Source: an uncultured archaeon (GTDB lineage: Archaea; Asgardarchaeota; Heimdallarchaeia; Heimdallarchaeales; Heimdallarchaeaceae). From it: a stretch of 64,000 bases of DNA. Below the pieces are notes generated by a model. The model saw nothing but the letters and a program-made list of their open reading frames with translations. It did no database searches and was not told the origin of the DNA. The translations under genes and the position numbers were made by a program. The stretch lies in the NCBI GenBank assembly GCA_964534625.1, contig CAZHRF010000013.1:1612-65611 (forward strand), read 5' to 3'. Of this stretch, positions 54,579 through 63,827 are shown one piece after another; the first letter of the stretch is position 1, and the number at the start of each line of letters is the position of its first letter.

Positions 54579-55193
54579 TTAAATGAAAACCTCTTTACCT
54601 GTTTTTTCTTTTCTAAGTGTATAGAACTTATCCTTGAGTGTTTGATTTTTCGTTGGATTTTTAATGCATTTCTGTTCTTCTTCCAAGTCCTCTTTTACTT
54701 TTGATAAAATATTTTTGATTTGGAACCCTTTATCCTTGAGATCTTTGAAAATTTCTTCCATCAACATGATATTTTCCCATTCGTCTTTTTCTAAGTTATC
54801 CATGGTGGCTTTGGGTGGTGGAACTAATAAAACGAGCCGTGCATTAAATTTATCAGCTAACTTAAATTCTTTTTTTTCATCTTCAATATATTGTCTAATA
54901 ATTTTTTCAAATTTGTTTTTTTTATTCCATAGAGCTATTAATGCATCATTGAACGAATGTTTTTTTAGACCATAATCCTGTGTTTTAACTTCATAGACTG
55001 CCACTACTTTGTCATCCCTTACAACACCAAAATCCAAATAATTTCCTCCTTGTTTGAGATGTTTTTGGGGAACAACTTCTTCTATTATAAAATAACCTTT
55101 CTCCTTTGGATATTTTTGTTCTAACCAATATTCAACTATTCTTTCTCCTAAATAACCTCTAATTCCTATACTTCTTCTAACCATATTATTCAC
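54579..55193 (-). CDS. PD-(D/E)XK-like nuclease, hypothetical
   Basis: GYLGERIVEYWL followed by YLDFGVVRDDKVVAVYEVKTQ (D...EVK core). The gene starts 5 nt after the upstream ORF. Confidence 0.45.
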   Translation of the reverse strand: MNNMVRRSIGIRGYLGERIVEYWLEQKYPKEKGYFIIEEVVPQKHLKQGGNYLDFGVVRDDKVVAVYEVKTQDYGLKKHSFNDALIALWNKKNKFEKIIRQYIEDEKKEFKLADKFNARLVLLVPPPKATMDNLEKDEWENIMLMEEIFKDLKDKGFQIKNILSKVKEDLEEEQKCIKNPTKNQTLKDKFYTLRKEKTGKEVFI

Positions 55194-55198
55194 CTATT

Positions 55199-55600
55199 CT
55201 ATATCTCTTTTGAATCTCTTCTTTCTATAAGTTCTAGCACTGAATCTATTATTTCTTCTAGCACTGACGGATCTATAGTTACCAGTCCTGCTTCCCAACT
55301 TTGTCCTGAAGACGAGCTAGGGATAAAATTCATGGACGATACAATAGCTAATGCTCGGTCTATAACTATTATTTTTGCATCAATATAATTATTTTGGTAG
55401 ATTTTAATCCCTTCTTCTCTTAGGTAATTATGATACGCAGTATCATCCTTATTGTCTGGTGGTCTCATAACTAAAATTACCGAAGCACCGTTTGTTACTG
55501 CATCTCCTAACGTTTCACTTAAATCTATTTTTCTAATCCAAGGGTTGGCAACGATCCCTTGAGCTTTTGCATTTGCTATAACTTCTAATAACTAAATGGA
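55199..55600 (-). pseudogene. PLD/Nuc-like nuclease remnant (the intact ATG ORF is only 55199-55468)
   Basis: The in-frame extension upstream of the Met reads LLEVIANAKAQGIVANPW...GASVILVMRPPD. The HKD position reads IDAKIIVID...SSMNF (His replaced by Asp). Stop codons precede LLEV, so no N-terminus or start is present. Confidence 0.4.
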
Positions 55601-55674
55601 TTAGAATACGATGTATAGTACCTAATTGAAGTATGAACAATATTTTCGATAGTCTTTAAAAGTTAAAATTTAGA

Positions 55675-58600
55675 TTAGAGTTTACTCAAAATTTCCTCTC
55701 TTATATCTTCTAGTTTTGGTTTACATCTAATATTGTTTAGTAAATTACTATCAAAATTTACAGCTTTTACAATAGAAGAAACACAATCGTCTTTTCTTTC
55801 TGCCTCCATTTCTATAACTCCTTTAAAAAACCAAGCTATACCACTTTTTGGATATCTCTCTGTAACTTGATCAATCATTTTTAATGATTTAGACATATTT
55901 TTCGATACCTCTGTTATTGCTTTAGCAATAAGTGCATTTTCATTTTCAGGATCCATTTCTAATATCTTATCTAGAAAAGGCTTTATTTCTGATTTATTTT
56001 CAGATGTAATGATTAAACCATAATAGATCTCTGTATCTTGTAACTCAAAATAGAGATTTACTGCATCATCTATTTGACCCAGACCAATATAGCAGAGTAT
56101 TCGAGGAACAAGAATCAAAGGAAATTCATTTGCTATATCAGATTTTTTTCTATTAAGAAATTTCAGACATTGTTTATCTTTCTCTATCCTTGTCAAAGCT
56201 ATTGCCTTATGATAGAAAGATCTGTAATTCTGAGGATCTTCTTTCATAATCTCATTGAATAATTTCACGGCTTTTTTAGTATTATTCTTATCTTTCTTAT
56301 ACAAAGCTACTCCCTTTTGGCCTTTAAGAAAAAGAATTTCACTCTCATTATATTCATATTTTTTTTCAAGTATATCGATCAATTCCAAAGCTTCAGTATA
56401 TTTACACAAGTTAACATAATTTGCTACTTTTTGAAGCTCTATATCCTTATGAGTCTTAAACAAGTTTTCATACAATTCACATACTTTCATTGAATCTTCA
56501 ATTTGAAAAGATCCACCTAATGCTTTAGCTTTTAATCTATAAGCTGGTTCATAACTAGGATCAAGTTCTAGCATTTTTGTTGTTAAATTTATTAACTCTT
56601 CATATTGTTTAGATTTTAGTAGCTCTAATGCATTCTTTATTAGATGTACTTCCTCTTCTTCAATTATTCTGAACCCAAAAATTTCCATTTTTCGTAATAA
56701 ATCTTTGAAAGAACTTAACCAATTATTTAGTCTCTCTTCATTTTTGAAAACATATTTTAAACTAAAACCACTTCTAAATTTATTTATTTTGATTCTAAAT
56801 CTTTTAAATAAGGGATTATCAAAATAGAACCCCTCATTTATGTTGAAAGTATATGTCTTAATTTTTTCTTCTGGGGTTAAAATAACTGTAGGCATTAGTG
56901 AACTATAAGTTGATATGGGTTTACCATTTGCAAAGAAATTAAATTTTATATCGACTTTTTCATATCCCTTTCCTTCAAAGAAATCTAAAATCGTGTCACT
57001 AATCCACGTTAAATGATTAAGTTTTAGTTCATTCTCATATTCCGATTTAGAAATTATTAAATTATTAAATTCCTTTGTTTTCTGTTTTTCAAAAGGTTGA
57101 AGAATAAATCTACTAGGTTCAAATTGAAAAGAGTTTCTATTTAGTGATTTATTTAGAAACGAAATTGTAATAGATAACTCTTTGATAGAGATTCTTTTCA
57201 CATTATCTAGCCCTATTTCTGAAAAAATCTTTCTAATAAACTCTTCATTCTTGATTTTTAATTTCTCTATCTGATCTATAGGATTCTTTAGTAAATGTCT
57301 GAAATTATAAAAATCTAAGAATTTTTCGAGGGGAAGTTCATGTAAAGTTATTATGGCGTCAATTAGATCGTAACTTATTTCATCCTTAATAAACATCTCA
57401 ACTATGGTAGATTCTAATACTAATTCATTGTCTTTTAATGCTGATTTAAGATAGTATTCAAAGTTATTTTTGTTTTTGGCAGAAAGATTTTTCAATAATT
57501 GATTTAATGGTGCAATTTGCTTTGATTGGATTTTGAAAATTCTTTGAAATTTGTTAATATCACTGAAGATAATATTAACTATTAATCTTTCTTGATCTTC
57601 ATTCAAATTGGGGATTAAAGCTTGCAATTCAATTATTGCGGTTGCCCAAATATATTCGCTTTTAGATTCAAGAGCGGAAATCAGAAATTTTTTACATCTA
57701 GTTACTTGTTCTTCATTTACACTACTTTTTTGTGCAATTCTTCTTAACAAATAGTTATTTGGAGTTTTTAATTTTTCTAAGATGTTTAAAAGTAAAATTG
57801 TATACTCGTTTGCCATCTTTCTGGATATTTCATCTAGAGATTCAACAATTAGATGACAAATCTCCCACCAGTGATTCTTATTAACTTTTTCTTGTATTAA
57901 GCACTCAAACTTCTGTTTATTTTCAAGATACAGCCTTCTCATGTATAAAGTTGCATAATAATCTAAAAACGATTGATGCCAGAAAACAAAATTTTCTCCA
58001 CTGGGTACTAAAATCAAAGGTCGTTTAATAAATTCTTCAAAAATTTCCTTTGCTTTATTCAAAGCCTGCAGTTTTTCATAATTAAATTCTCTCTCATAAA
58101 AATTTTTTATAGTTTTAATAAGATAATTTCTGTTAAAGAATGTAGGTTTTTGAGAATTATCTATCATAACAAGCATATTGAAAGCTATTTCAGACAATAT
58201 CTGTTCTAAATACTCAAAAGGTATAATAGATGAAATCTCTTTTACTTCTTCTCTAGTAACTGCTAAAGTCTTTGACAAATTAGTATATAGGTCAAATTTT
58301 TGAGATGGGATAGCTGCTCCTACTTCCAATGTTAGACACAAAAGAGTTAGAATTAACGGATTTGATGCTAGCTGCAAGAGTGTTATATTTTCACTAATTT
58401 TTGTAGAAAGATATTTGGTTTTTTCTTCTCTTACGCTTTTATCTAATTCAGTAAGTAAAAACCATTTTTTAATAAAATCTTTAATAAAATGTGGTTTTAA
58501 AGGTGAAATATATGCATGAATGAATTCATCATCAGGAAAAGAATAGAGGTTATAATCCAAAGTTCTGGATGTAATTAGAAATCTTGCATTACGGTTTTCC

Positions 58601-59781
58601 GCTGAAAAAGATTGAATTATTGAAACAAGTTCTTTCTGAAGAGATACAATAGAAATTTCATCCAATGCATCTATCAAAATTAAAGCTTCTCCAGTAAAAA
58701 GTAATACTTCAATTTGCTTTCTTAATTGACTTTTACTAATATTAAAAGAAAAACTATTTCGAAGCTCATAAACTAGATAATCTAGAAGAGAATAGGAGTT
58801 ACCATCTCTCTTTTTAGTTTCTATGTAACTAGCATATTTTTTAGCTTCAATATAGAATGGTACCAGTTCCAATTTTACATCAAACAAAACTTTATTTTTA
58901 GATGAGAAATATTGCGAAATAAAACTCATTAAAGTACTTTTTCCAGCTCCTGGAAAACCTAAGACAACTAATTTTTGATATGATCTTAGAAGATAACCAA
59001 TATATTTAAATTGCAGATCAATATCACTAAATTCATAAATTTCTCTAGATAGTTGTTGCATATTTGTTTTAGAAAAATCTTCAATAAATGGAAATATATT
59101 ACTTATATATTTTAAAAAAGCATCGTTTTGGTTTTGTATTTCATAATCTTTGTTTAAAACTAGAGGAATAGGAATAAAAATATCTGATATAGATAATGAA
59201 CTGGTTTGGGCTAGGATTTCAATAGGGAAACCGTAGAAATGTATTTTTGAGTGTTTATTTTTGAGTTTTAATAAATAATCTTCTCTGAAACTCTCTATTT
59301 TGTTAGAGAAGTTTTCAGGATGATTTTTCTTCCATTCTGCTATTTCCAACTCGCTTAAAAGATGATTAGATGAATCTCCTTGTCTTATGAAGAAACGACC
59401 TTTTGATAAGTACCATGTATCTTCTTTTCTTGAGAACTTATACACTACTATAACCTTGTTTTCCATTTCAGGAATATCAATAATGTCTGCTTGAATATTT
59501 ATTTGGGGGCGGATACTATCTTTTAATTGTTGATTGATATATGAAATTTCCTTTCTTTCAATTCCAGTTATTTCTGTTGGGAATTCATTCTCTTCTTTTA
59601 CTCCAAGTACTAAGTGTCCTCCAATAGTGTTTAAAAAGGAAGAGGCGATTTTTGGAAGATCTTTAGAAACTTGTTGTTTGTAATCAATTTTATCATCTTC
59701 ACTAATCTTATTTGAAATCAAGCTCTGAACATTTTCAAAAGTATTTTTCTCTTTCATTAACAAATGATATTGATATCTCAT
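55675..59781 (-). CDS. STAND NTPase: N-terminal AlbA_2/Schlafen-like domain, NACHT module, C-terminal TPR-like repeats (NLR/Avs-like)
   Basis: The AlbA_2-like segment is IDYKQQVSKDLPKIASSFLNTIGGHLVLGVKEE. The NACHT module has Walker A VVLGFPGAGKSTL and Walker B ALILIDALDE. The C-terminal ~400 aa are TPR-like helical repeats. Confidence 0.75.
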   Translation of the reverse strand: MRYQYHLLMKEKNTFENVQSLISNKISEDDKIDYKQQVSKDLPKIASSFLNTIGGHLVLGVKEENEFPTEITGIERKEISYINQQLKDSIRPQINIQADIIDIPEMENKVIVVYKFSRKEDTWYLSKGRFFIRQGDSSNHLLSELEIAEWKKNHPENFSNKIESFREDYLLKLKNKHSKIHFYGFPIEILAQTSSLSISDIFIPIPLVLNKDYEIQNQNDAFLKYISNIFPFIEDFSKTNMQQLSREIYEFSDIDLQFKYIGYLLRSYQKLVVLGFPGAGKSTLMSFISQYFSSKNKVLFDVKLELVPFYIEAKKYASYIETKKRDGNSYSLLDYLVYELRNSFSFNISKSQLRKQIEVLLFTGEALILIDALDEISIVSLQKELVSIIQSFSAENRNARFLITSRTLDYNLYSFPDDEFIHAYISPLKPHFIKDFIKKWFLLTELDKSVREEKTKYLSTKISENITLLQLASNPLILTLLCLTLEVGAAIPSQKFDLYTNLSKTLAVTREEVKEISSIIPFEYLEQILSEIAFNMLVMIDNSQKPTFFNRNYLIKTIKNFYEREFNYEKLQALNKAKEIFEEFIKRPLILVPSGENFVFWHQSFLDYYATLYMRRLYLENKQKFECLIQEKVNKNHWWEICHLIVESLDEISRKMANEYTILLLNILEKLKTPNNYLLRRIAQKSSVNEEQVTRCKKFLISALESKSEYIWATAIIELQALIPNLNEDQERLIVNIIFSDINKFQRIFKIQSKQIAPLNQLLKNLSAKNKNNFEYYLKSALKDNELVLESTIVEMFIKDEISYDLIDAIITLHELPLEKFLDFYNFRHLLKNPIDQIEKLKIKNEEFIRKIFSEIGLDNVKRISIKELSITISFLNKSLNRNSFQFEPSRFILQPFEKQKTKEFNNLIISKSEYENELKLNHLTWISDTILDFFEGKGYEKVDIKFNFFANGKPISTYSSLMPTVILTPEEKIKTYTFNINEGFYFDNPLFKRFRIKINKFRSGFSLKYVFKNEERLNNWLSSFKDLLRKMEIFGFRIIEEEEVHLIKNALELLKSKQYEELINLTTKMLELDPSYEPAYRLKAKALGGSFQIEDSMKVCELYENLFKTHKDIELQKVANYVNLCKYTEALELIDILEKKYEYNESEILFLKGQKGVALYKKDKNNTKKAVKLFNEIMKEDPQNYRSFYHKAIALTRIEKDKQCLKFLNRKKSDIANEFPLILVPRILCYIGLGQIDDAVNLYFELQDTEIYYGLIITSENKSEIKPFLDKILEMDPENENALIAKAITEVSKNMSKSLKMIDQVTERYPKSGIAWFFKGVIEMEAERKDDCVSSIVKAVNFDSNLLNNIRCKPKLEDIREEILSKL

Positions 59782-59842
59782 AATCCCTCAGGAGAATATA
59801 CATTTATCTCTTAAATATTTATTGCCAAGTTATTTAAAAAAT

Positions 59843-59995
59843 GTACGTTTTTCACCCCCCTAAGAAACAGATGAAGGGGCACTGTAGTGTGGTGTTTCAG
59901 AAAACTTGATTTTGTTTATTCTTGCTTATTATCCGTACATAACCGTGTCTCGGTTTCATTCCTAGTCTCATCTAAGTAGGGGATGAAACACTTAC
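59843..59995 (+). mobile_element. MITE-like non-autonomous element, copy C (153 bp)
   Basis: Same ends as copy A, with 14 of 18 terminal positions inverted-complementary. It is flanked by the identical 8-bp direct repeat taaaaaat at 59835-59842 and 59996-60003, and lies 61 nt upstream of the NACHT start. Confidence 0.8.
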
Positions 59996-60079
59996 TAAAA
60001 AATCAAGATAAATCATTTGTTATTTCTTCTTTCAAATGTAAATTTGTATGAAGAAGACAGGATAATGATGAATCTTGGG

Positions 60080-60100
60080 AGGGGATTGAATCTTTATTTA
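60080..60100 (+). mobile_element. Possible solo MITE end relic
   Basis: cttgggaggggattgaatc resembles the right end ctaagtaggggatgaaac (about 14 of 19 positions on the complementary reading). Confidence 0.25.
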
Positions 60101-60132
60101 TAAATACATAGAAATCAATAAAGGATCTCTTA

Positions 60133-61230
60133 TCAAAGAATTTTATCCTTTTTTGAAAATTTAGAGAAAATCTCTATGATTTCCTTTTTACGATTTTTCT
60201 TTTCGCTATTTTTACTATACTCTTTTAATAAATTATCTATGAGATTGGGGATGTCATCTGGTTGACTGAACTTCAGTACTTGTGACATTTCATCATATTT
60301 TCCCAATTTCGGTTCTTTTCTTAAAACAAAGTTCAAAGCTTCTTCTGTATCTTCTTGTTTTAATTCAGTTAATTCTGATAATCTTGGTAAAAACACAGGA
60401 AATTCGGGATCCATTTGATTAAGAACTTTTAAGGTCTTTTCAGCATTTCCAGTTATTTTTCCATATTTTATTACTTTTGTATTTAAGTCAGTAATCTGTG
60501 ATACGACATCATAGACTGGTTTTACTATCTCCTCTATTTTTATTGTTGCTGTACTTCCTTGTGTATTTGTATTTCTAAGGCTATACTTAAAATATCCTTC
60601 ATTAGCTCTGTACATATTCAAGCTAAAAGGGAATCGTGATCTTTTCTGGGGGTCACAGTAAAAATACACTTCTGCTAATATCTTACCCATTTCAATGTAG
60701 TGAGACTCTATTTCTTTTATTTCTCCTGGTGTGGTTCTATTCAGAAATTTTTCTATTTCTTCTTTTTTTACACTTAGCTTTCTTGCTTTCTCTTTCATTT
60801 TTTGCTTGAGTTCATTTTCAATCTTTTTGTTTATATCATCCATTTCTTCTTTTACTTTCAATACCATGTCTGCTGTTTTTTTGCTATTCTTCAATATTTT
60901 ATCCTTTAACTGTAAAAATGGATCTTTTTCATCAAATTCTTGTTGTAATAAATATTCTAGTATTTCTGTAAAACTTTGGAAAGTTGTCCATTTATCCCCT
61001 AGTGTCGTTCTAAGTATTTTATTTCCTTTTTCCATCCCATCCATAATTAAGCTTTTAAGGGATTTTTCATATTTTGGAAATTCTCTGATCGTTTCAAATA
61101 GATTGAAATATTCAAGAATTTTTACTTGAATATTTTTTTCCGTATTCTTAACAATATTATAGCTTCTCTGTATTCTATTATAGTAATATTCTAATGTTTC
61201 ATCAAATACCTTTAATTCTTCCATGAGCAT
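60133..61230 (-). CDS. Hypothetical helical protein
   Basis: 365-aa ORF, K/E-rich and helical. No family recognised. Confidence 0.4.
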   Translation of the reverse strand: MLMEELKVFDETLEYYYNRIQRSYNIVKNTEKNIQVKILEYFNLFETIREFPKYEKSLKSLIMDGMEKGNKILRTTLGDKWTTFQSFTEILEYLLQQEFDEKDPFLQLKDKILKNSKKTADMVLKVKEEMDDINKKIENELKQKMKEKARKLSVKKEEIEKFLNRTTPGEIKEIESHYIEMGKILAEVYFYCDPQKRSRFPFSLNMYRANEGYFKYSLRNTNTQGSTATIKIEEIVKPVYDVVSQITDLNTKVIKYGKITGNAEKTLKVLNQMDPEFPVFLPRLSELTELKQEDTEEALNFVLRKEPKLGKYDEMSQVLKFSQPDDIPNLIDNLLKEYSKNSEKKNRKKEIIEIFSKFSKKDKIL

Positions 61231-61547
61231 TATTGTGTTTTAACATTTAAATAGTTTCTTCAATCAATTTTACATTTGTTTTATAACATTTCATCTTTAG
61301 CAACTCTTTAATACTTGTTTTATCAATTTACTCTGTGCCTTATTATGTATGTAGCTTTTTTATGTCCTCTTAAATATTTAGTACCTAGGTTAACGAATTA
61401 ATATTGAATGACTATCATATCATATTGTTGGAAAATATGCTATGATCTTTCTCAAAGATATTTCTTTATACTGTTTTAATTATTCCTTTTTTTGAGACAT
61501 ATTCAATTTTTGAATAAGGTTGAAATAGTGTAATCAATATTTTATTT

Positions 61548-62201
61548 TCAATTAAAGATGTTTTGTATTTGCTTTTTTATGTCTTCATATTCTTTCATTT
61601 TATCCTTAATCAAAGCAAAATTTGACACTTTTAGTGTTTCTGTAAACTTTTTTAATTTTTTATCTATTTTTGGTGTCATTAGATGAACAAACATCTCTTT
61701 ATCCGATCGATGATTAATAAATGCAGAATCTGACTTTCGGTATTTTCTCCATGTTTCTGTCCAATTTTCTTCATCAATTATTTGCATAGACTTTAGTTCA
61801 ATTTTTGGGTCTTTAAGCCAGATCTTGAAAGCTACTTCACTAATTTGTGAACGGAATGCATAATACACATCATCCCATTCTACTTCTGGTGCATATGTAA
61901 GACAAAATAGTTGTATTTCAATGCCTGATTTTTCAAATTCTACCAATTTTATAGGATTGGGAAAATGAATAGTCCTTCCTTGATCGTCAAATGTAAAATC
62001 AAATATATTATCAAATAAAAGTAAAGAAATACCCTTTGGAGATTTTTGTGATGTATCATCTTTGATTGTGTCATTCATTCTTATGGTTTGTTTTTCTTGA
62101 AAAGGATATGTTACAGTATCTTCTAATTCCGTTTCTATTTCAGCCATTTTTTGTTTAAATATAATGAAACTATTGTTTTTGTCCATACTAAATCTAAACA
62201 A
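61548..62201 (-). CDS. Hypothetical protein
   Basis: 217-aa ORF. No family recognised. Confidence 0.4.
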   Translation of the reverse strand: MFRFSMDKNNSFIIFKQKMAEIETELEDTVTYPFQEKQTIRMNDTIKDDTSQKSPKGISLLLFDNIFDFTFDDQGRTIHFPNPIKLVEFEKSGIEIQLFCLTYAPEVEWDDVYYAFRSQISEVAFKIWLKDPKIELKSMQIIDEENWTETWRKYRKSDSAFINHRSDKEMFVHLMTPKIDKKLKKFTETLKVSNFALIKDKMKEYEDIKKQIQNIFN

Positions 62202-62293
62202 TATTTGCTTATAAATTTTTTAGTCTTTATAGCCAGTCTATTAATTCAGTATGTTTGGAAAAATTAAAATATCATTGAATAATCGATAAAACT

Positions 62294-62539
62294 ATGAAAA
62301 TATTGGTTTCAAATAAAAATGAAAAACGGATATTAAAGGAAATGCTTAATCTCTTTGATACTTGGCCTGATTTTATGGACTTTTTATACATGAATGAAGA
62401 AATGAATAGCGTTTTTTCAGATCTTATAAAGAAGAAAAAGATAGATGTTGATGACGATATAAATGAAGTTATAGAGGATATCGCCTATCAGTTGCTAAAA
62501 GCTGAAATAGTTGTAAAGCAGGTTGGCGATAACAAATAA
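62294..62539 (+). CDS. Small acidic hypothetical protein
   Basis: 81-aa ORF. No family recognised. Confidence 0.3.
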   Translation: MKILVSNKNEKRILKEMLNLFDTWPDFMDFLYMNEEMNSVFSDLIKKKKIDVDDDINEVIEDIAYQLLKAEIVVKQVGDNK

Positions 62540-62693
62540 GACAAGTCAAGGAAAGTTTACTTTTTTGTCCCATTTAATATTAATCCTCTCATTTCATTAA
62601 ATGATGTTTTATATTTCCTAAATAATGTGTATCTTTGCAATACTTTATTTCTTATGAAACTATCAACTGTATTTTTTTCTAAATTTTGGATCA

Positions 62694-62825
62694 ATGGGTA
62701 AAAAATCCAAAATGACTAAAGAAGACGCTAGACGTATTCAAAGCCATGTTGATAAAACAGGTAAGAACCAAGATTTTAAGGCAAGAGCGATGAGTGCAGC
62801 AGATAAGAATGAAGAAAAGGATTAA
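62694..62825 (+). CDS. 43-aa basic protein (MGKKSKMTKEDARRIQSHVDKTGKNQDFKARAMSAADKNEEKD), below the ORF-track size cut-off
   Basis: Translated by hand. The duplicated motif (ARRIQS / ARAMSAA) recalls small stress-protein-like peptides. No SD is evident. Confidence 0.3.
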   Translation: MGKKSKMTKEDARRIQSHVDKTGKNQDFKARAMSAADKNEEKD

Positions 62826-62845
62826 TTATAATCCTCATCTTTTTG

Positions 62846-62992
62846 TTATTTTCCTAAGTTACTTTTTTCCCATTTAGCGAAAGAATCGAGCAAAAGGTCA
62901 ATATGATCTGATATATTTACACCATGATCAAATTCTACTTCATTTTTAGTTATCGTAAAGTTAAATTCATCTGATAAATCAAACAACCACAT
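62846..62992 (-). CDS. 48-aa ORF following the nucleotidyltransferase gene
   Basis: Hand translation gives MWLFDLSDEFNFTITKNEVEFDHGVNISDHIDLLLDSFAKWEKSNLGK. Its ATG begins 1 nt after the upstream TGA (tgatatg). Confidence 0.3.
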   Translation of the reverse strand: MWLFDLSDEFNFTITKNEVEFDHGVNISDHIDLLLDSFAKWEKSNLGK

Positions 62993-62993
62993 A

Positions 62994-63827
62994 TCAAGCT
63001 TTTTTACCGAATCTTTCTCCCACTATTTTCTTCCACTCTAATATTGCCTCTTGAGGGTTTTTGATCTTATTGACATTCTTAATTCTCTCATTTAGAATTC
63101 TTATTCGTTCTTTTAACTTGGTGTTTATGGTGTCATATACTTCTAAATCTGGTCCTACTCCTGCTGGCTCTTTAAGTGGTTTATCAATATATTTGGGTAA
63201 TTTTTGAGAGATTTTAGCAAATATTTGCTCCCATGTCTTTTTGTATAAATTTTGGTCTTCATTAAAGCAATCCATTACTATTGCTTCAACATGAAAAGAC
63301 TTGAATCTTGTCTTTTTATCTTGATAATTCCAGTATTTGAAAAGACGTATAAAAGGAGTAACTTTACTTTTGTTTGCTTTATTAGCTTCTTTTAAGACTT
63401 CTATATTTTTTTTGGGGTTCGTAGTCTCCCATTTGTTTCTCTTATAATTAGCAATATACCAATGATCTTGTCTTTTTCCATAAGCAAAAACGAGATCAAC
63501 ATGAATAGTACTATATTCAAATTTAATAGCACGAACTTGCTTTGATACATTTTGGGCTGCTTTAGCTACTTTTTTCCAATTATTTTCGTATGTTTCTTTT
63601 GCTGACCCAGGCTTTCTTTGATTTACAAGAACAAGAACATCAATGTCTGATTCAAAGGGAACGCGGGTTTTTCTACGGTAAGAACCGCTAGGGAAGATCT
63701 CATCCTTTTTGATGCTGAGATTAGAATCAAGAAAGTTGACTACACTTTGATATTTCTCTTTATTATAGTCTTGAAACTTTGCAATGTAATTATTTAGCTC
63801 GTGAAAAGCATTGTTGACAGAGTTCAT
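62994..63827 (-). CDS. SMODS/CD-NTase-like nucleotidyltransferase
   Basis: Pol-beta NTase core FPSGSYRRKTRVPFESDIDVLVLV (GS...DxD), a third acidic residue in IHVDLV, and the downstream FIRLFKYWN...FKSFHVEAIV pattern typical of cGAS/DncV-like and SMODS enzymes. Confidence 0.6.
   Translation of the reverse strand: MNSVNNAFHELNNYIAKFQDYNKEKYQSVVNFLDSNLSIKKDEIFPSGSYRRKTRVPFESDIDVLVLVNQRKPGSAKETYENNWKKVAKAAQNVSKQVRAIKFEYSTIHVDLVFAYGKRQDHWYIANYKRNKWETTNPKKNIEVLKEANKANKSKVTPFIRLFKYWNYQDKKTRFKSFHVEAIVMDCFNEDQNLYKKTWEQIFAKISQKLPKYIDKPLKEPAGVGPDLEVYDTINTKLKERIRILNERIKNVNKIKNPQEAILEWKKIVGERFGKKA

Noticed and set aside
54304-54704. The + strand ORFs 54304-54582 and 54495-54704 could be small membrane proteins in the helicase/nuclease spacer.
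   Set aside because: They are extremely F/I/L-rich translations of an AT-rich promoter-like spacer. They partly overlap each other and the 204-aa gene, have no SD and show no recognisable features. Coding cannot be excluded, but it is unsupported.
59835-60100. The recurring motif GGGGAT(G)AAAC (complement GTTTCATCCCC), seen at 35382, 35533, 37756, 59980 and 60086, looked like CRISPR repeats or a mini-array.
   Set aside because: Spacings are irregular (about 106 nt, about 150 nt, then kilobases). The motif forms one arm of a terminal inverted repeat. The two full units carry perfect, copy-specific 8-bp flanking duplications. No cas genes are present. The evidence therefore fits a MITE, not a CRISPR array.
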